Of a DNA stretch of 64,000 nucleotides, positions 42,688-54,113 are shown piece by piece (positions within the stretch are counted from its first letter, which is position 1; each line of letters begins with the position of its first letter). The position numbers and the translations under genes were made by a program. The notes beneath the pieces are model-generated. The model searched no databases. It was not told where the DNA came from and was given only the letters and a program-made list of their open reading frames with translations. The DNA comes from Pelomyxa schiedti. Lineage: Eukaryota; Protista; Evosea. The stretch covers positions 24,093 through 88,092 of the forward strand of contig JAHLWZ010000373.1 in the NCBI GenBank assembly GCA_020536535.1, read 5' to 3'.

Positions 42688-43494
42688 TCAGCTTGAACCA
42701 ATTGGGTCCTGAGGGGCAATTGACGAAGACAGAGACAGAGAAAGCAGGGACGACGACATGGGCGACGACGGGGAAGACGCCACGAGCAGCGAGGACGACA
42801 TGGGCCCGCTGGGCGTCGACGAGGCCAGCATGGACGACGACATGGTGGACGGCGACGACGACGCCGAGGAGGCCAGCGCGGGGGCGGGCAGCGGGAGGCC
42901 CTGCGACGCCGCGGCGGCGATGGAGCCGCCTTGCTGCTGCTGCGGAGGCGGCGGCGGGGGCGGGAGCTGCTGCTGCTGCGGCTGGGGGCCCAGGAGCACC
43001 TGGTTCTCGTAGAGGAGGCGGTCGGTGGCGCTGGCGCAGTCCTGGAGCTGCTGGGCGTGGAGCTCGGCGGCGTGGAGCATGACGTCGCGGGCGCGGGCGA
43101 GCTCGGCGCGGAGGGCGGCGGCCTCGCGCTCGCTGCGGGCCAGCGCGGCCTCGGCGAGGCGCAGGGAGGAGGCGAGGTGGCGCTCGCGGGAGGACGCGAT
43201 GGCGGCGTGCTCGCGGTAGCGCGCCATCACGAGGTCGAGGGCGTTGGCCTCGCGCAGGGCGCTCTCGCGCAGTTGGTCGAGCTCGCGGCGGAGCGCCTGG
43301 GACTCCCTCCTCAGCGCCTCGTTGTCGCGGCGCAGCGAATCGCACTCCATCGCGTCGCGGGTGACCTGCCCGACGAGGTTGGCCAGCGACGCCGAGTCCT
43401 TCGTGTGCGCTGTTATCTGGGCCGTCATCAGTTCGAGGCGAGACGACAGCTCCACCGCCATCGTCGACGGGTTTGCTGCGATATCGGCCGTCAT
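42688..43494 (-). CDS. SIKE/FGFR1OP2-family coiled-coil protein (STRIPAK component-like)
   Basis: LRRDNEALRRE..ANALDLVMARYRE resembles the SIKE/FGFR1OP2 'ALELIMSKYR' motif; LLYENQVL follows; intronless and GC-rich. Confidence 0.6.
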   Translation of the reverse strand: MTADIAANPSTMAVELSSRLELMTAQITAHTKDSASLANLVGQVTRDAMECDSLRRDNEALRRESQALRRELDQLRESALREANALDLVMARYREHAAIASSRERHLASSLRLAEAALARSEREAAALRAELARARDVMLHAAELHAQQLQDCASATDRLLYENQVLLGPQPQQQQLPPPPPPPQQQQGGSIAAAASQGLPLPAPALASSASSSPSTMSSSMLASSTPSGPMSSSLLVASSPSSPMSSSLLSLSLSSSIAPQDPIGSS

Positions 43495-43686
43495 CACAAA
43501 CTTTTTCCCTAAATTGCTTCTTCGCCGAAAACACATGAAGGTCATTCGGGCTGTCCTGGAGGACTATTGCACTGCGATGAGGGAAGCAGGGAAGTAGTGT
43601 CAATGCGTTACTGGTGTGATTCCAGTTTGTGGTGGACTTCTGAACAAAGTCGAAGTAATTCAGTTTAAAGGAAAAAAACCGTGGGC

Positions 43687-45851
43687 ATGTCGGGTGGTGG
43701 AAGTATGCGTATGTCGGGAGGTCGGCCTGCTGTGAGATCTGCTGGTCCGGAGCCCAACCATAGTGGCAATGCACTCGTCAGATCTTCGTCTTCGGGAAAC
43801 GTAATGCACAGGCCTCCGAGTTCTTCCTCATCTCTGAGATCCAGCTCTCATGCCACGACTTCCTCCGCTAATCTTGTCTCCACTTCTCCCGCACCACTGG
43901 TGGTTTCTACCACCGTAAGCAGCACGACATCGGTGACAACGAGTGCAGATTCTTCAGTTCCCCCTGTGAGTAACACCCAGGCTACCAGTAGTAGCCCGCA
44001 CTATAGTCCTCCATCCACTCCTCCAGTTGCGAGCCCAAAATCGCCCTCTGGTGAGGAGCCACCAAGGGACAAGAGAAACTGGTATATACACTTATTATAT
44101 GTGCGTAAGGAATGGAATGCCTGTTTGGCGGCACTTGATTCCTGGATTTTGCAGTGCCCCACTTGTGAATACCCAGTCTATATTAAAGGTTTGTTCTCTG
44201 CAACTCTCTCTTCTTTGTCCTAAGGTACATGCAGCCCTGATAAAAAGGCACCGTGGGGAGATAAATGAATCCCTTCGGCTTTTTGAGCAGTGTTATACCT
44301 TAAGCCCCAGTATTAATTTCATCAAACAAATTGCCAAGTCGTAGTATGTTTTGATATGTCTTGTATGCCATGTTTCTTACGCCACTCAGTTTTATGCTTG
44401 GAAAGCATAGGCAGGCATTGAAGACTTTCGAACGAGCAGAAAAATTCGCAGTGGATGACTGGGTATTCGTTGCACCAATCACTGCTTCACCTCATCTTTC
44501 CAAAGGAGATTTGGCATAATAAGGGCTTGTGCTACAAGTTCTTGAATGACACTACACCAGTATATTTTTCCTTCTCCATGGGAACCCTATTAACTATGTG
44601 AAAAAAGGCTATCGAGTGTTTCAAGCGGGCAAATAGTATATGTAAGCATGAGGTGACCTACCTGCAGCTCGGGAAACTCTACCAACTTCAAGAAGACTAC
44701 AAATCAGCCACCGAAGTGTATCTTGAAGCACTGGAGTATGTCCACGTAGGCTCTTTTTTGGTTCACAAAAAAATAAAAAGATTTTCTCCAGAGAATACTG
44801 AAATTTTCACAATTCTCGGACTTTTGTACCTGAGACTCTCAGAAAGCTTCCGTGCTGTTGACTACTTTGCAGCGGCACTTGCGCAAGACCCAATTAATCC
44901 CAAGGTGAGAAATTAAGAATATATGGGGAAGGGGAGCAAAATCCTCACTCACCACAGTCAAACACAATAAATGTGACTATGCAAATAACAGACAATACTT
45001 GCAGCTGGCTCTCTTCTTCAGAATCAAAACGAAATGGATGTTGCCCTGATGAAATATCGTGTGGCCGCCGTGCAAATCCCGCACTCTCCACAACTGTGGA
45101 ATAACATTGGAATGTGTTTCTTTGCAAAAGAAAAATTTGTTCCTGTGCGTGGTTTATCCCCTATTATATGTTTTCCTGAGATGCTGACTGTCAAGAATCA
45201 TCTTCATGCCCATTACTGATTCTTTTGCAGGCCATTGCATCCTTGAAGAAAGCTCTGTACTATTCTCCATGTGAATGGATAATTTGTTACAACCTTGGAA
45301 TTGTGCACCTACGGACAAGTCAGTACGCTTCAGCATTTCATTACCTCAACGCTGCCGCAACATTGAACCCAACGTTTGCGCTCACATACATGTATATCGG
45401 CGTAACTCTGAGCCGCCTCGATGACTTTGAAAATGCTTGTGGAGCTTATGAACAAGCTTTGGAACTTGGCCCAACGTATCTAAACTACTTCATACATATT
45501 CAACTAACAAATTTACTCAGGGAGCACCTTGTGCACCTCAACTATGCTCTGACATTGTTCAACAAGGGGCAATTTGCCAAAAGCCGGGAGCACCTTGCAA
45601 TTTTTGAAGACCTCTGGCCAACTGTGGATGAAGAAACACAAGTTAGTGACCCAGAAGTTACAGAACAGAGAAGGCTGCTCTCTGAAGCACTTGCCATCCA
45701 ATTGTTTGACGAGCAACAACAACTGCAATTGCAAATCCAACTCCGAAGCCAAACCGAAAACCAAACCCTCATGCTCCCCCCAGACCAACAAATTCCCAAA
45801 GACTCACCCCCCACGTCGTCAAATCCCCTGCTATACCAACAAAACCATTAG
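43687..45851 (+). CDS. BBS4: Bardet-Biedl syndrome 4 protein (BBSome TPR subunit)
   Basis: [86 protein letters not shown]. Confidence 0.92.
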
Positions 45852-45904
45852 ACCTAGAGAGTGCAAGAAATAAATCCATTGTTTCTTTTTTTTTTTTTTT
45901 TTTT

Positions 45905-46158
45905 GATTTTCTAGTGTTGGGGCTGTGGCCTTGTCTTCCTCAGCCTCAGATTGATGTACAACCATTTTATCCTGTATGCTGGCCACACCACCAGAGGTAG
46001 TGGAAATGGTGACTTGCAGTCCAGTGCTGGGCCCCAAGTCTCCATTTCCACTACCTCTGGCGGCACGGCTGTTGTGAAGGCCAGCATACAGGATAAAATG
46101 GTTGTACATCAAGCTGAGGCTGAGGAAGACAAGGTCACAGCCCCAACGCTAGAAAATC
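45905..46158. repeat. Long fold-back inverted repeat (hairpin)
   Basis: 45905-45984 pairs with 46079-46158 (77/80 Watson-Crick). 45991-46016 pairs with 46035-46060 (25/26). Terminal loop about 18 nt. Confidence 0.95.
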
Positions 46159-46480
46159 GAAAAAAGGGAACATGTTCGTTTTTGAAGCAAGTGTGAGCTG
46201 ATTGCGCTGTTGTATGTTGTATCAGGTGTTGGAGGGGAGAAGAGGAGGTATTATTTGGTAATAATACTTCGAAGTCTCCGAGTCATCGGGAAAATTTTAG
46301 ATAGAAATTCAAAAAGGTTGAACTGTAGCGAGTGATCTAAAATTTCGGATAGAACAGCTAAGGACTTGGTGACAATTCCACAGCACAGAGTTATAAACGC
46401 TTTTACCACACAGAGAGTTGGTCCGTTTCGAAACTCGTTTTCAACCGGAAAACGTTGCCGAAAAGGAAGCATTTACCTGA

Positions 46481-47547
46481 ATGAGCTGGGGTTCGGTGCC
46501 CTTGTCGACTGTGATAAATGATGCGCGCAAACAGGTGGAGGAGTGGGCTACAACAGTAAGTGACGATCTCACGGGCGTGGTTGCTAAACACAGAGCCGCC
46601 TCGTCTGCTTGTACAGGTACGCACAATTAATTAATACCGACCCAACACCACGGTGCCTTTGCGTGATTGTGGGAAGTGCGTGTGGTGCGCTTGCGTCAGC
46701 GGCAAAGTAACTACGAAAAGAAAAGATAGATTAAAGGAACTGGTGGCACTGGAGACGGCATCTCGTGAAGAACTCGCTACAATCAGTGCAGGTAACAGGG
46801 CTTTTAATGCCTTTGGTTTTGTCTCGCTACGGTGCCAACATTGTATGTAGAGCATGAAGCTGTATTGCACAGCATACGGCAGTCAGATGAGGAATCCAAC
46901 ACTGTAAGTATCTCGTGATGAAAAAAAAAAAAAAAAAAAGGAAAATGGCACAGTTAATTCATGGTACAGGTTCGGACACAGAAAGGCGAGGCCACTAGTG
47001 AGGCGGCAATCCTGCAAGCAAGTGTAAACGATCAAATTTACGCAAACGAAAAGCTACAGAGGGGTTAACACGCCCTTTCACAAAAGCGTCTAAGCCAGCT
47101 TGAATAGAAATGGCTGATGAAATGGAACTGTATTCTAAATCTACCGAAGAGCTATCCAACAAAATTTCCATGTATACAGAGCGTTTCGGGCTTGACCTTT
47201 CAAATAAAGGTGTGCCGTGACTATCCTCAAAATGTAACGAACTCACTGAACCAAACAAAGGAGGCAACTCCACATTCACCTTTTCCTGCCTGGATCCAGA
47301 AAACCCCAAGCGTCAATTCACTTGCACTCTCCAACCCAATGAAGGGGTTTATTCAGGTGTCACCCTAACCCTTGCATCCTTTTCCAACACTCTTACCCTT
47401 CTCACAGCTCAATGTGAACCCAGTATAGAAGGTCTGGAGCAACTACTTACAGCCCTGAACCAAACCGGGGACCTCGGATCGTTCCTGCGTGATACTCGCA
47501 AGAAATTTGCAGCTCTCATCACATCCACACCAACCTCATCACCATAA
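46481..47547 (+). CDS. SPC25: Kinetochore Ndc80-complex subunit Spc25-like
   Basis: Coiled-coil exons followed by YTERFGLDL..STFTFSCLDPENPKRQFTCTL..QCEPSIEGLEQLLTALNQTGDLGSFLRDTRKKF (Spc25 RWD domain). It is not one ORF in the track because the exons are short. Confidence 0.8.
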
Positions 47548-47664
47548 GTTTCAGCCAACAACAGGAACTTTTTTCTGCCTGTTTTGTTCGGCACCCACGA
47601 ATTCCACTAACACTGAAATTTTGATGGTTTCGTTTTGTTTTAAAAAACAAAAAAGTCGGAACAG

Positions 47665-50600
47665 ATGGCGTCTACGATGGCACAACGAAAGCTGGCCGAG
47701 TTGAACCAAAAAATACCGGACGAGAAGGTGCGTGTTAGATCCTTCTTTAGTTTTTCCTCAGTTCCGTTTCCAAACACCGTTTCTTCTCAAAAAAAAACCA
47801 AAAAAAGGCTTTGGAGTATCTGTCAAATGAAAAGGCTATTCGTATGTGGATAGAGCAAGTCTTACAAATAAAACTTGCAGTGAGTGTGCCATTACAAGCC
47901 CAAGGGCAAATTTATAAAATGTGTATCAGGATCCCTTCAGTGCAGCTCTGGAAAATGGCATCGTTTTGTGCTATCTTATCAAGGAGATAGACCCTGGGTT
48001 AATTCCCTTTGTTCACGACGGCTTGAATATGCCAAAATACAGGCACAGGGTATTAAGTAATTTCTTTTTCTATCTAAAACCAACACTTTCTTCTCAAGGA
48101 AAACATCAATTTTTTCCTTGCTGCACTAGAAGACCTTCAGATACCCTTATGGTGCAGATTCCAGTGTAACGATTTATTTGAACAGCAGGTTCCTAACTCC
48201 AACAACATACTCCCGCCATTGAAATAAGCGTAGTGTTTTCCACAAGTTGTAATATGCTTAATGCACGTGGCCCAAATGGTACAAGAGCGGGGGTTCAAGA
48301 TACCCCTACCAACCGGCCCCACTGTGCAAGTGACAGTGCTACCACCACCTGACCAACTGATTAAGCTGAAACAACAACTCACAAAACTGAAGGCTCCCCC
48401 ATCTAAAGTAGGCCTATTTTAATTCCTCATTGGCCAAGTTTTTTTCAGAATAAAAGAGGAAGGGCACATATGTCAGATGCTGTTTTGCGAAGGCAACTGG
48501 CAATACTTTCTGGTGGTGAAGGAAAAGTCAGCAGTAAGTAATTGAATTTAATTCATTGCCAGCAACTAATACTTCAATGAAGTGGACCGCATTGTTGCAG
48601 GATTCACCAGATTTCAAGCTTATTGGAGAGGATATAGAGCTAGAAAGGCGTACCAGAAACTAAGTAAGTTGGGAATACACTGTTTTACTTTCGTTTAAAT
48701 AAAAAAAAGCTCGAGAAGCGGCATATCGCAGGCAGGTGGCTAATGAATTGTTGCAGACTGAGGTGGAGTATGTAAAAAGTCTGGGAATTGCCATTGAGGT
48801 TGCCCATCACACTTCCTTCTTTATTCTAATGAAAATAGGCGTTCATGAAACCCATGCAAACCAAGGCAATTGCTACACATTTGCTAACTGAAGAGCAGTT
48901 CCACTCAATTTTCTCGGAGCTGGAAGTAATTCATGGTGTAAATTTACAGTTACTAGAAGTGCTGAAACCAATTGGTAGCATATTAATAGTTTAAATCCAC
49001 TCATTTGTACCATTAGTTACTACATGGCAACCCAATTCTTGCCTTGGAAAAGCATTGCAAGGCATGGTTTGTAACCCTGCTTAACAAATGAGTTTGTGTA
49101 ATACCAGTAGGTGGCACTGCTATCATTATATACTGGGTATGTCTCCCACCTGGACCGCGCTATGACAACTTTGGAGACTTTGCGGCAAAAAAACTCCAAG
49201 TTCAATACATTTGTCATTGTAAGTTTCTTCCTTGTGTTAACTTTTAAGTACGTTTGATTCACTCTTCATCCAATGTAGGAGTGCAGATCTTCTCCTGCCA
49301 ACACTAAAATGCTTGAGCTTCCTGGATATCTCATCCAACCAGGTTCACAGCTTTTTCACTTTTGTTCGATGAAAGCAGTAACTTCCCAACCTAACCAGTT
49401 CAACGAGTGCCAAGATATTACCTCCTTTTGACGGTACTTCTCTGGTTTTTTCCCTTTTGACTTACTGACATTTATCTTTTCACAGGACTTGATCAAGGTT
49501 TTTTCACCAAAAATAACATTTTGAACCAATCTTCATCTTTGTAGCATACTTGGCCTGATCACCCTGACTTTGAGCAATTGAAAGTAGTCTGCGGAAGAGT
49601 GCAGGTTTGTGTCCAACTTGTTTCACATTAAACATTTATCTGAGTCACTTCCAGGCAGTGGCAACAATTCTAAATGAGGTCCAAATGAATCATTGAAACA
49701 ATGCCTTCAGTCTTATGATCCTATTTTAGAAAAAAAGAGAAGCCGAGACAGTGACCAGAATGGTACAAATTGATCTAGCTATGTCAAAGAAGCCTAAGGA
49801 TTTTGTGCGTCATCCACACCTACACCAATCGCTCATGAATAACCAAATCACCAACCACAGGTACTGATTGTCCCAAGTCGTCTTCTGTTAAAGGAAGCCC
49901 AGTTCACCTGCTCCCGGAAAGATATCAAAGTGTTCCTTTTTAATGATATGGTGTGCTGGGGTCAGTTTGATGGCAAAAAGATTAAGTTCCTAGCTTCTGA
50001 AGCACTTAAAAATCTCGAATTTGTAGCAGGAGCAAATGGAGGTTTCATCGCTAAAACTGAAGAGAAACTTTTTTTTGCACTAATTCCATTTTTTAGTTGA
50101 CTTTCAAATTCACAAGTTTGGCATGAAATTGCCTCTTGTTGAACTTACATCACCTTCCGCGGAAGCACGCACCGAGTGGTTGAAGGCCACTGAAGCGGCA
50201 ATCACTGAGATGAAACAGAAAGTAAAAGGGTTTGTCACAGCGAAAGGTCTACGAGACAGACAATTTCCGCATTTTTCCTTACTCCCAACACAGAAAAGCA
50301 GTTGGAGCTAAAAGATCCCTCTGCACCAGAGATGGTCATAAGTGCTGAAGAAACGTTGAGACTAAGGAGAATTCAGCAGTATCACGCTTCCCCCAGGAGT
50401 CACTTTATCACTTACGCTTCGCAGACGAACCGCCGCTGCTGAGGAAACACCTCCATCTGAAAGTGTTGAATCTTTGAAGTCAAGGAAAACTGTCCTCGAA
50501 ACTCAGCTTGCAGAGGTCGAGCAGGTTTTGAAACGCGAAGGAACTAAAAAAGGCAACAAAGAAATGTATGTCTCCTCTCAACTCAAATGGCTTTTGCCAA

Positions 50601-51185
50601 CACGAATACAGATACGCCAGATCAAAAGAAGTGCAAGCAAACTTGGTTGTTGATCTTGCATCCATTGAAGAACAAATTACCGCTGCCCAGGAACGGGAAG
50701 CCGCAGCCGCACTGGCTGCAGCAAAGAATCTGTCACTCACCCCGGTCAGACCCAACAGACTAAGCACTGCATTACCAAAACGTGGGGTGAGCCCCGGCCC
50801 GACGGGTTCACCCCTCTCCTCATCTCACCAAACATCCACCACAAGCTCCACAGCTTCTCTGAGCAATACAACAACATCCACCACACCCACACTGCTACCC
50901 ACAGTACCACCGCCATCCACACCCACACTCCCATCAACCACACTAGCACCCGCACCAAATTCCCCCTCTCCAAGGGCAACTCCGGCTGTAACTCCAATTC
51001 CACCTCCAAGTACCGCTGCACCCAACAACACATCAGGTTCCCCACCTGTGGAACCACCTGCTACTCCTGAAACCGAAACGGACAAAAAGTGTGTAGCTCT
51101 CCCATATTCCAGTGCACCTGAAAACTTACCCTTCACTAACAGAAATAACAGAAAGTCCTTCTTCGGAGGAAAAAAGAAAACCTGA
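47665..51185 (+). CDS. CH-IQ-DH-PH Rho guanine nucleotide exchange factor
   Basis: AIRMWIEQVL..ALENGIVLCYL..ENINFFL (CH), FQAYWRGYRARK (IQ), VANELLQTEVEYV..YLIQPVQRVPRYYLLL..HTWPDHPD (DH), VFLFNDM..RTEWLKA (PH). Confidence 0.88.
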
Positions 51186-51755
51186 AAGAGATAACCCACC
51201 CTATGCAAATATAAGGTTTAAATAAACAGTTCTGCCACCTCTGTACAAGAGTTTGTTCCGTTTTCCTTGTTTTTAGGGAAATTCAACGAAAGTCAAAAAC
51301 CATTCAAAGTGCGGAAGCTGCCAGGTCGTTTGTTGTTGAACTTTTGTTGTTGTTGGAAGGGGAAGGGGAAGGGGAGCTCTCTTCTTGGCTTGGGGGTTCG
51401 TTGTTGAGCTTGCTTTGGTTACTTTATGGTGCTCTCTCTTGTTGTTGGTTGTTGAACTGAGAAATTGTTGGAATTTTTTCTTGGGTTGCCTGCCGCTGTG
51501 ACTGAATGCATGCTGTATGCTGTATCACCACAACTCTCCACAGTCAATAATACTCATTGTATCACCCCATAGAGTAAAACTAGCAGCCTAATGCCCACGT
51601 TGCCGTTTGTTGTTGACCCTGTCGCCACTGCCCGCACCACTGTCGGTTTTTTCTTTTTTTTTTTGGCTGCTTGGGTGCCTTTTATTTTTTTTGTTTGCGG
51701 GATTTCCCCAGAGCGCGAAATTTTTCGGGAAAAATGGCCAGGAGAAAGGGTATTT

Positions 51756-54056
51756 TCATTTTCTATGGTCACTCGGATAGAGTACTTTAGTTTGTACAAA
51801 GGGTGTTGCGAGGTCACCTTGAGCCCAGATTCTGTGCCTGGATTCAGCTATGTGCACTTCAGCATTCTGGATTTTTCCATCGGCATTTCCAGTTGCTTTC
51901 ACATCGTCATCAGTCCAATCTGAGGGATTGCTCACTCTTCCCAGACCAACTGTTGGTCTGGACCTGGAAAACATGTCTTCTCGGATCAGATCGATTCCAA
52001 ACATGTCATCCAGTTTGGAACTGGCGGGGTCTTGAGTGTACAGTACAAATGTCTCCATGAAGGATTCAAGCTGTTCGTAGTTCATGGTGTTCCACCTTAG
52101 AATAGCGTTGTGGTACTGTGAAGGTACAAAGAGCTCCCCTAAGGCTTGTTCCGTCTTGTTTCGCAGTTCCAGCATTTTGATGTTTCCCAACATGTAAGAA
52201 TCGGCTTGCCCCGGCATGCAGATATACCTTTGACACTCGCTCTGTGCCAGGAATAGGCTAAAAGAGTTGTTCACCATGTAGGATACACAATCCGACCATG
52301 AGAAATGTGAATCTGGTGATATGTCTCCATGCATTGCAGGATCCACAACAATCCGCACGTTGCGGAGCATCTGTGCGTTGAAGAAGCTTAGTTCGTAGAA
52401 CGGGTCTTCATATAAGCCCTTGGGTCCATAGTCGTCATTCCCCATAGAATACAGTTCTGTCTCGCTGTATAAGGCCCAACCCTCAATGTAAAGTGATGAC
52501 CCACTGGTATAACCAGAGCCAAGTTGGCAATCCAACTCATTTCCAAGTGCAAGTTGATGTCCATGACCTGGACTCGTTTCATGTGCCACTGTGCTCATTT
52601 GTATCTTCTTGTAGTAGTATGCTTCAGTACCATTCTCGGTATAGCAGTATTCGTACTGGCCAACGTTGTATACAGCGGGACGCAACCAAAAATTGAGAGT
52701 GTGATCATACACACCAGTGGAAGAATATGTAGAGGGGGAACCACTGACTTGGACATTAGCCCTCACACCGGGAAAATAGCCGAATTCTGGAATTAGGTAT
52801 TTTTCAATCTCAGCTTTGAGCAAGGTGGTCTCCTCGATAACATCTGATTTATCGTTAGTGCAAATGTACCAACGTGTGTCATTGGAATCGGCGAGCGACG
52901 CCGAAGCCTCCTCAAAGGTGGTGATGGTTGGGTCAATTTGTTGCATTGTAGTTACAATGTCTTCCTTATTCTCTTCAACCCTTTGGAGCCCCACCTCGTA
53001 AATGTTCCTGGCAGTCTCTTCATAACCAAGGTGGAAGTCCAGCCACGCCTGGTACACAATATCCCCGCTCGGTACTGCCCAAAGACCAGACTTCTCATCA
53101 GGCCTGATATCCTGGCAAGCCGGCAGGTACACACCCGTAAAGTAATCCCGCATTCCCGAAAGCGTAGCCTCGATCTCGCCAGTGGCTTCCTCGCACTGCG
53201 ACACCCCGTCCTCAGTGGCGAACGTCCCGCACACCGCCGCGTAGTCCGCGTCGTAGGCGTCCAAGTAGAACTGGCTGTGGACATCCATCACGACCTTGGC
53301 GTGCACTTTCCTCTCGGCCACGGCGCGTTCCATCAGAGACCTCCAATTGGCCAGAGCGGCGCCGTAGCCCCGCAGCCACCCCAGGACGTAGCCCTCGTAG
53401 CCCTCCTGCCCGCCGAGGTCGTTCCCAGTCAGCGTGCCCAGCGTCCTCGTGCCCTCGATGGCCAGGTCTGGGAACACCGCGTAGTTGTGCCAGGGGTCCG
53501 CCGTCGCCGCGAGGTAGTGGCCCTGCTCCACGAGCGTGAGCACGAGGCGCAGGTCGCTCAGGATGAGCTCCAGGCCGACCTTCTCGGTGGTGCGCGTGCC
53601 CGCGAGGCCCGCGGCGGCCTCGGCGTCCGCCATCGCCGAGGAGATCAGCGCCGCCGTAGTGGAGTTGGCGGCCATGTCCCAGTAGCACCCCGACAGCGAC
53701 GCGACGTCGAGCGAGGTCCAGAACCCGTGGTTGTGGTACACGGCACACTTGTAGAGCTCCAGCGCGGACTCGCTCGCGGCGACGACCTCCTTGCTCGTGT
53801 ACACGCAGCCGCTGGCGGCGGCGTAGCCGTGGCGCTCCCCGGCCCGCTGCTTGTGGATCAGGAAGCCGACGGAAAGGCCCAGGACCACGGCGACTATGGC
53901 GAGGACGGAAGCCGCAGTCCATCCCACAATCGCGATGTTGCGGCTACGCCTGGCCGCCTTGCTTCGGCTGGTGGAACCGCGATAGGATGCGTCCGTCGAA
54001 GGGGCGCCGCCGCTATTTTTCTCTACCTCAAGCGACGAATACCCTGTGGTTTTCAT
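51756..54056 (-). CDS. DUF885-family protein with N-terminal signal-anchor; intronless
   Basis: 766-aa ORF. VAHETSPGHGHQL, YIEGWALYSE, MLRNVRIVVDPAMH and PGQADSYMLGNIKMLELR are DUF885 hallmarks; TM helix IAIVGWTAASVLAIVAVVLGLSVGFLI. Confidence 0.88.
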   Translation of the reverse strand: MKTTGYSSLEVEKNSGGAPSTDASYRGSTSRSKAARRSRNIAIVGWTAASVLAIVAVVLGLSVGFLIHKQRAGERHGYAAASGCVYTSKEVVAASESALELYKCAVYHNHGFWTSLDVASLSGCYWDMAANSTTAALISSAMADAEAAAGLAGTRTTEKVGLELILSDLRLVLTLVEQGHYLAATADPWHNYAVFPDLAIEGTRTLGTLTGNDLGGQEGYEGYVLGWLRGYGAALANWRSLMERAVAERKVHAKVVMDVHSQFYLDAYDADYAAVCGTFATEDGVSQCEEATGEIEATLSGMRDYFTGVYLPACQDIRPDEKSGLWAVPSGDIVYQAWLDFHLGYEETARNIYEVGLQRVEENKEDIVTTMQQIDPTITTFEEASASLADSNDTRWYICTNDKSDVIEETTLLKAEIEKYLIPEFGYFPGVRANVQVSGSPSTYSSTGVYDHTLNFWLRPAVYNVGQYEYCYTENGTEAYYYKKIQMSTVAHETSPGHGHQLALGNELDCQLGSGYTSGSSLYIEGWALYSETELYSMGNDDYGPKGLYEDPFYELSFFNAQMLRNVRIVVDPAMHGDISPDSHFSWSDCVSYMVNNSFSLFLAQSECQRYICMPGQADSYMLGNIKMLELRNKTEQALGELFVPSQYHNAILRWNTMNYEQLESFMETFVLYTQDPASSKLDDMFGIDLIREDMFSRSRPTVGLGRVSNPSDWTDDDVKATGNADGKIQNAEVHIAESRHRIWAQGDLATPFVQTKVLYPSDHRK

Positions 54057-54113
54057 TTTCGAGTTTGATGACTACGCGAATGATCGTGGAATTCTCCCGA
54101 TTATTTTTATCTC

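Noticed and set aside
42530-43774. 414-aa Arg/Pro/Ala-rich ORF and several plus-strand ORFs
   Set aside because: Alternative frames of the GC-rich coiled-coil gene; the composition is typical of off-frame reading.
52938-54068. 376-aa plus-strand ORF and overlapping GC-rich ORFs
   Set aside because: Shadow frames of the DUF885 gene caused by high GC.
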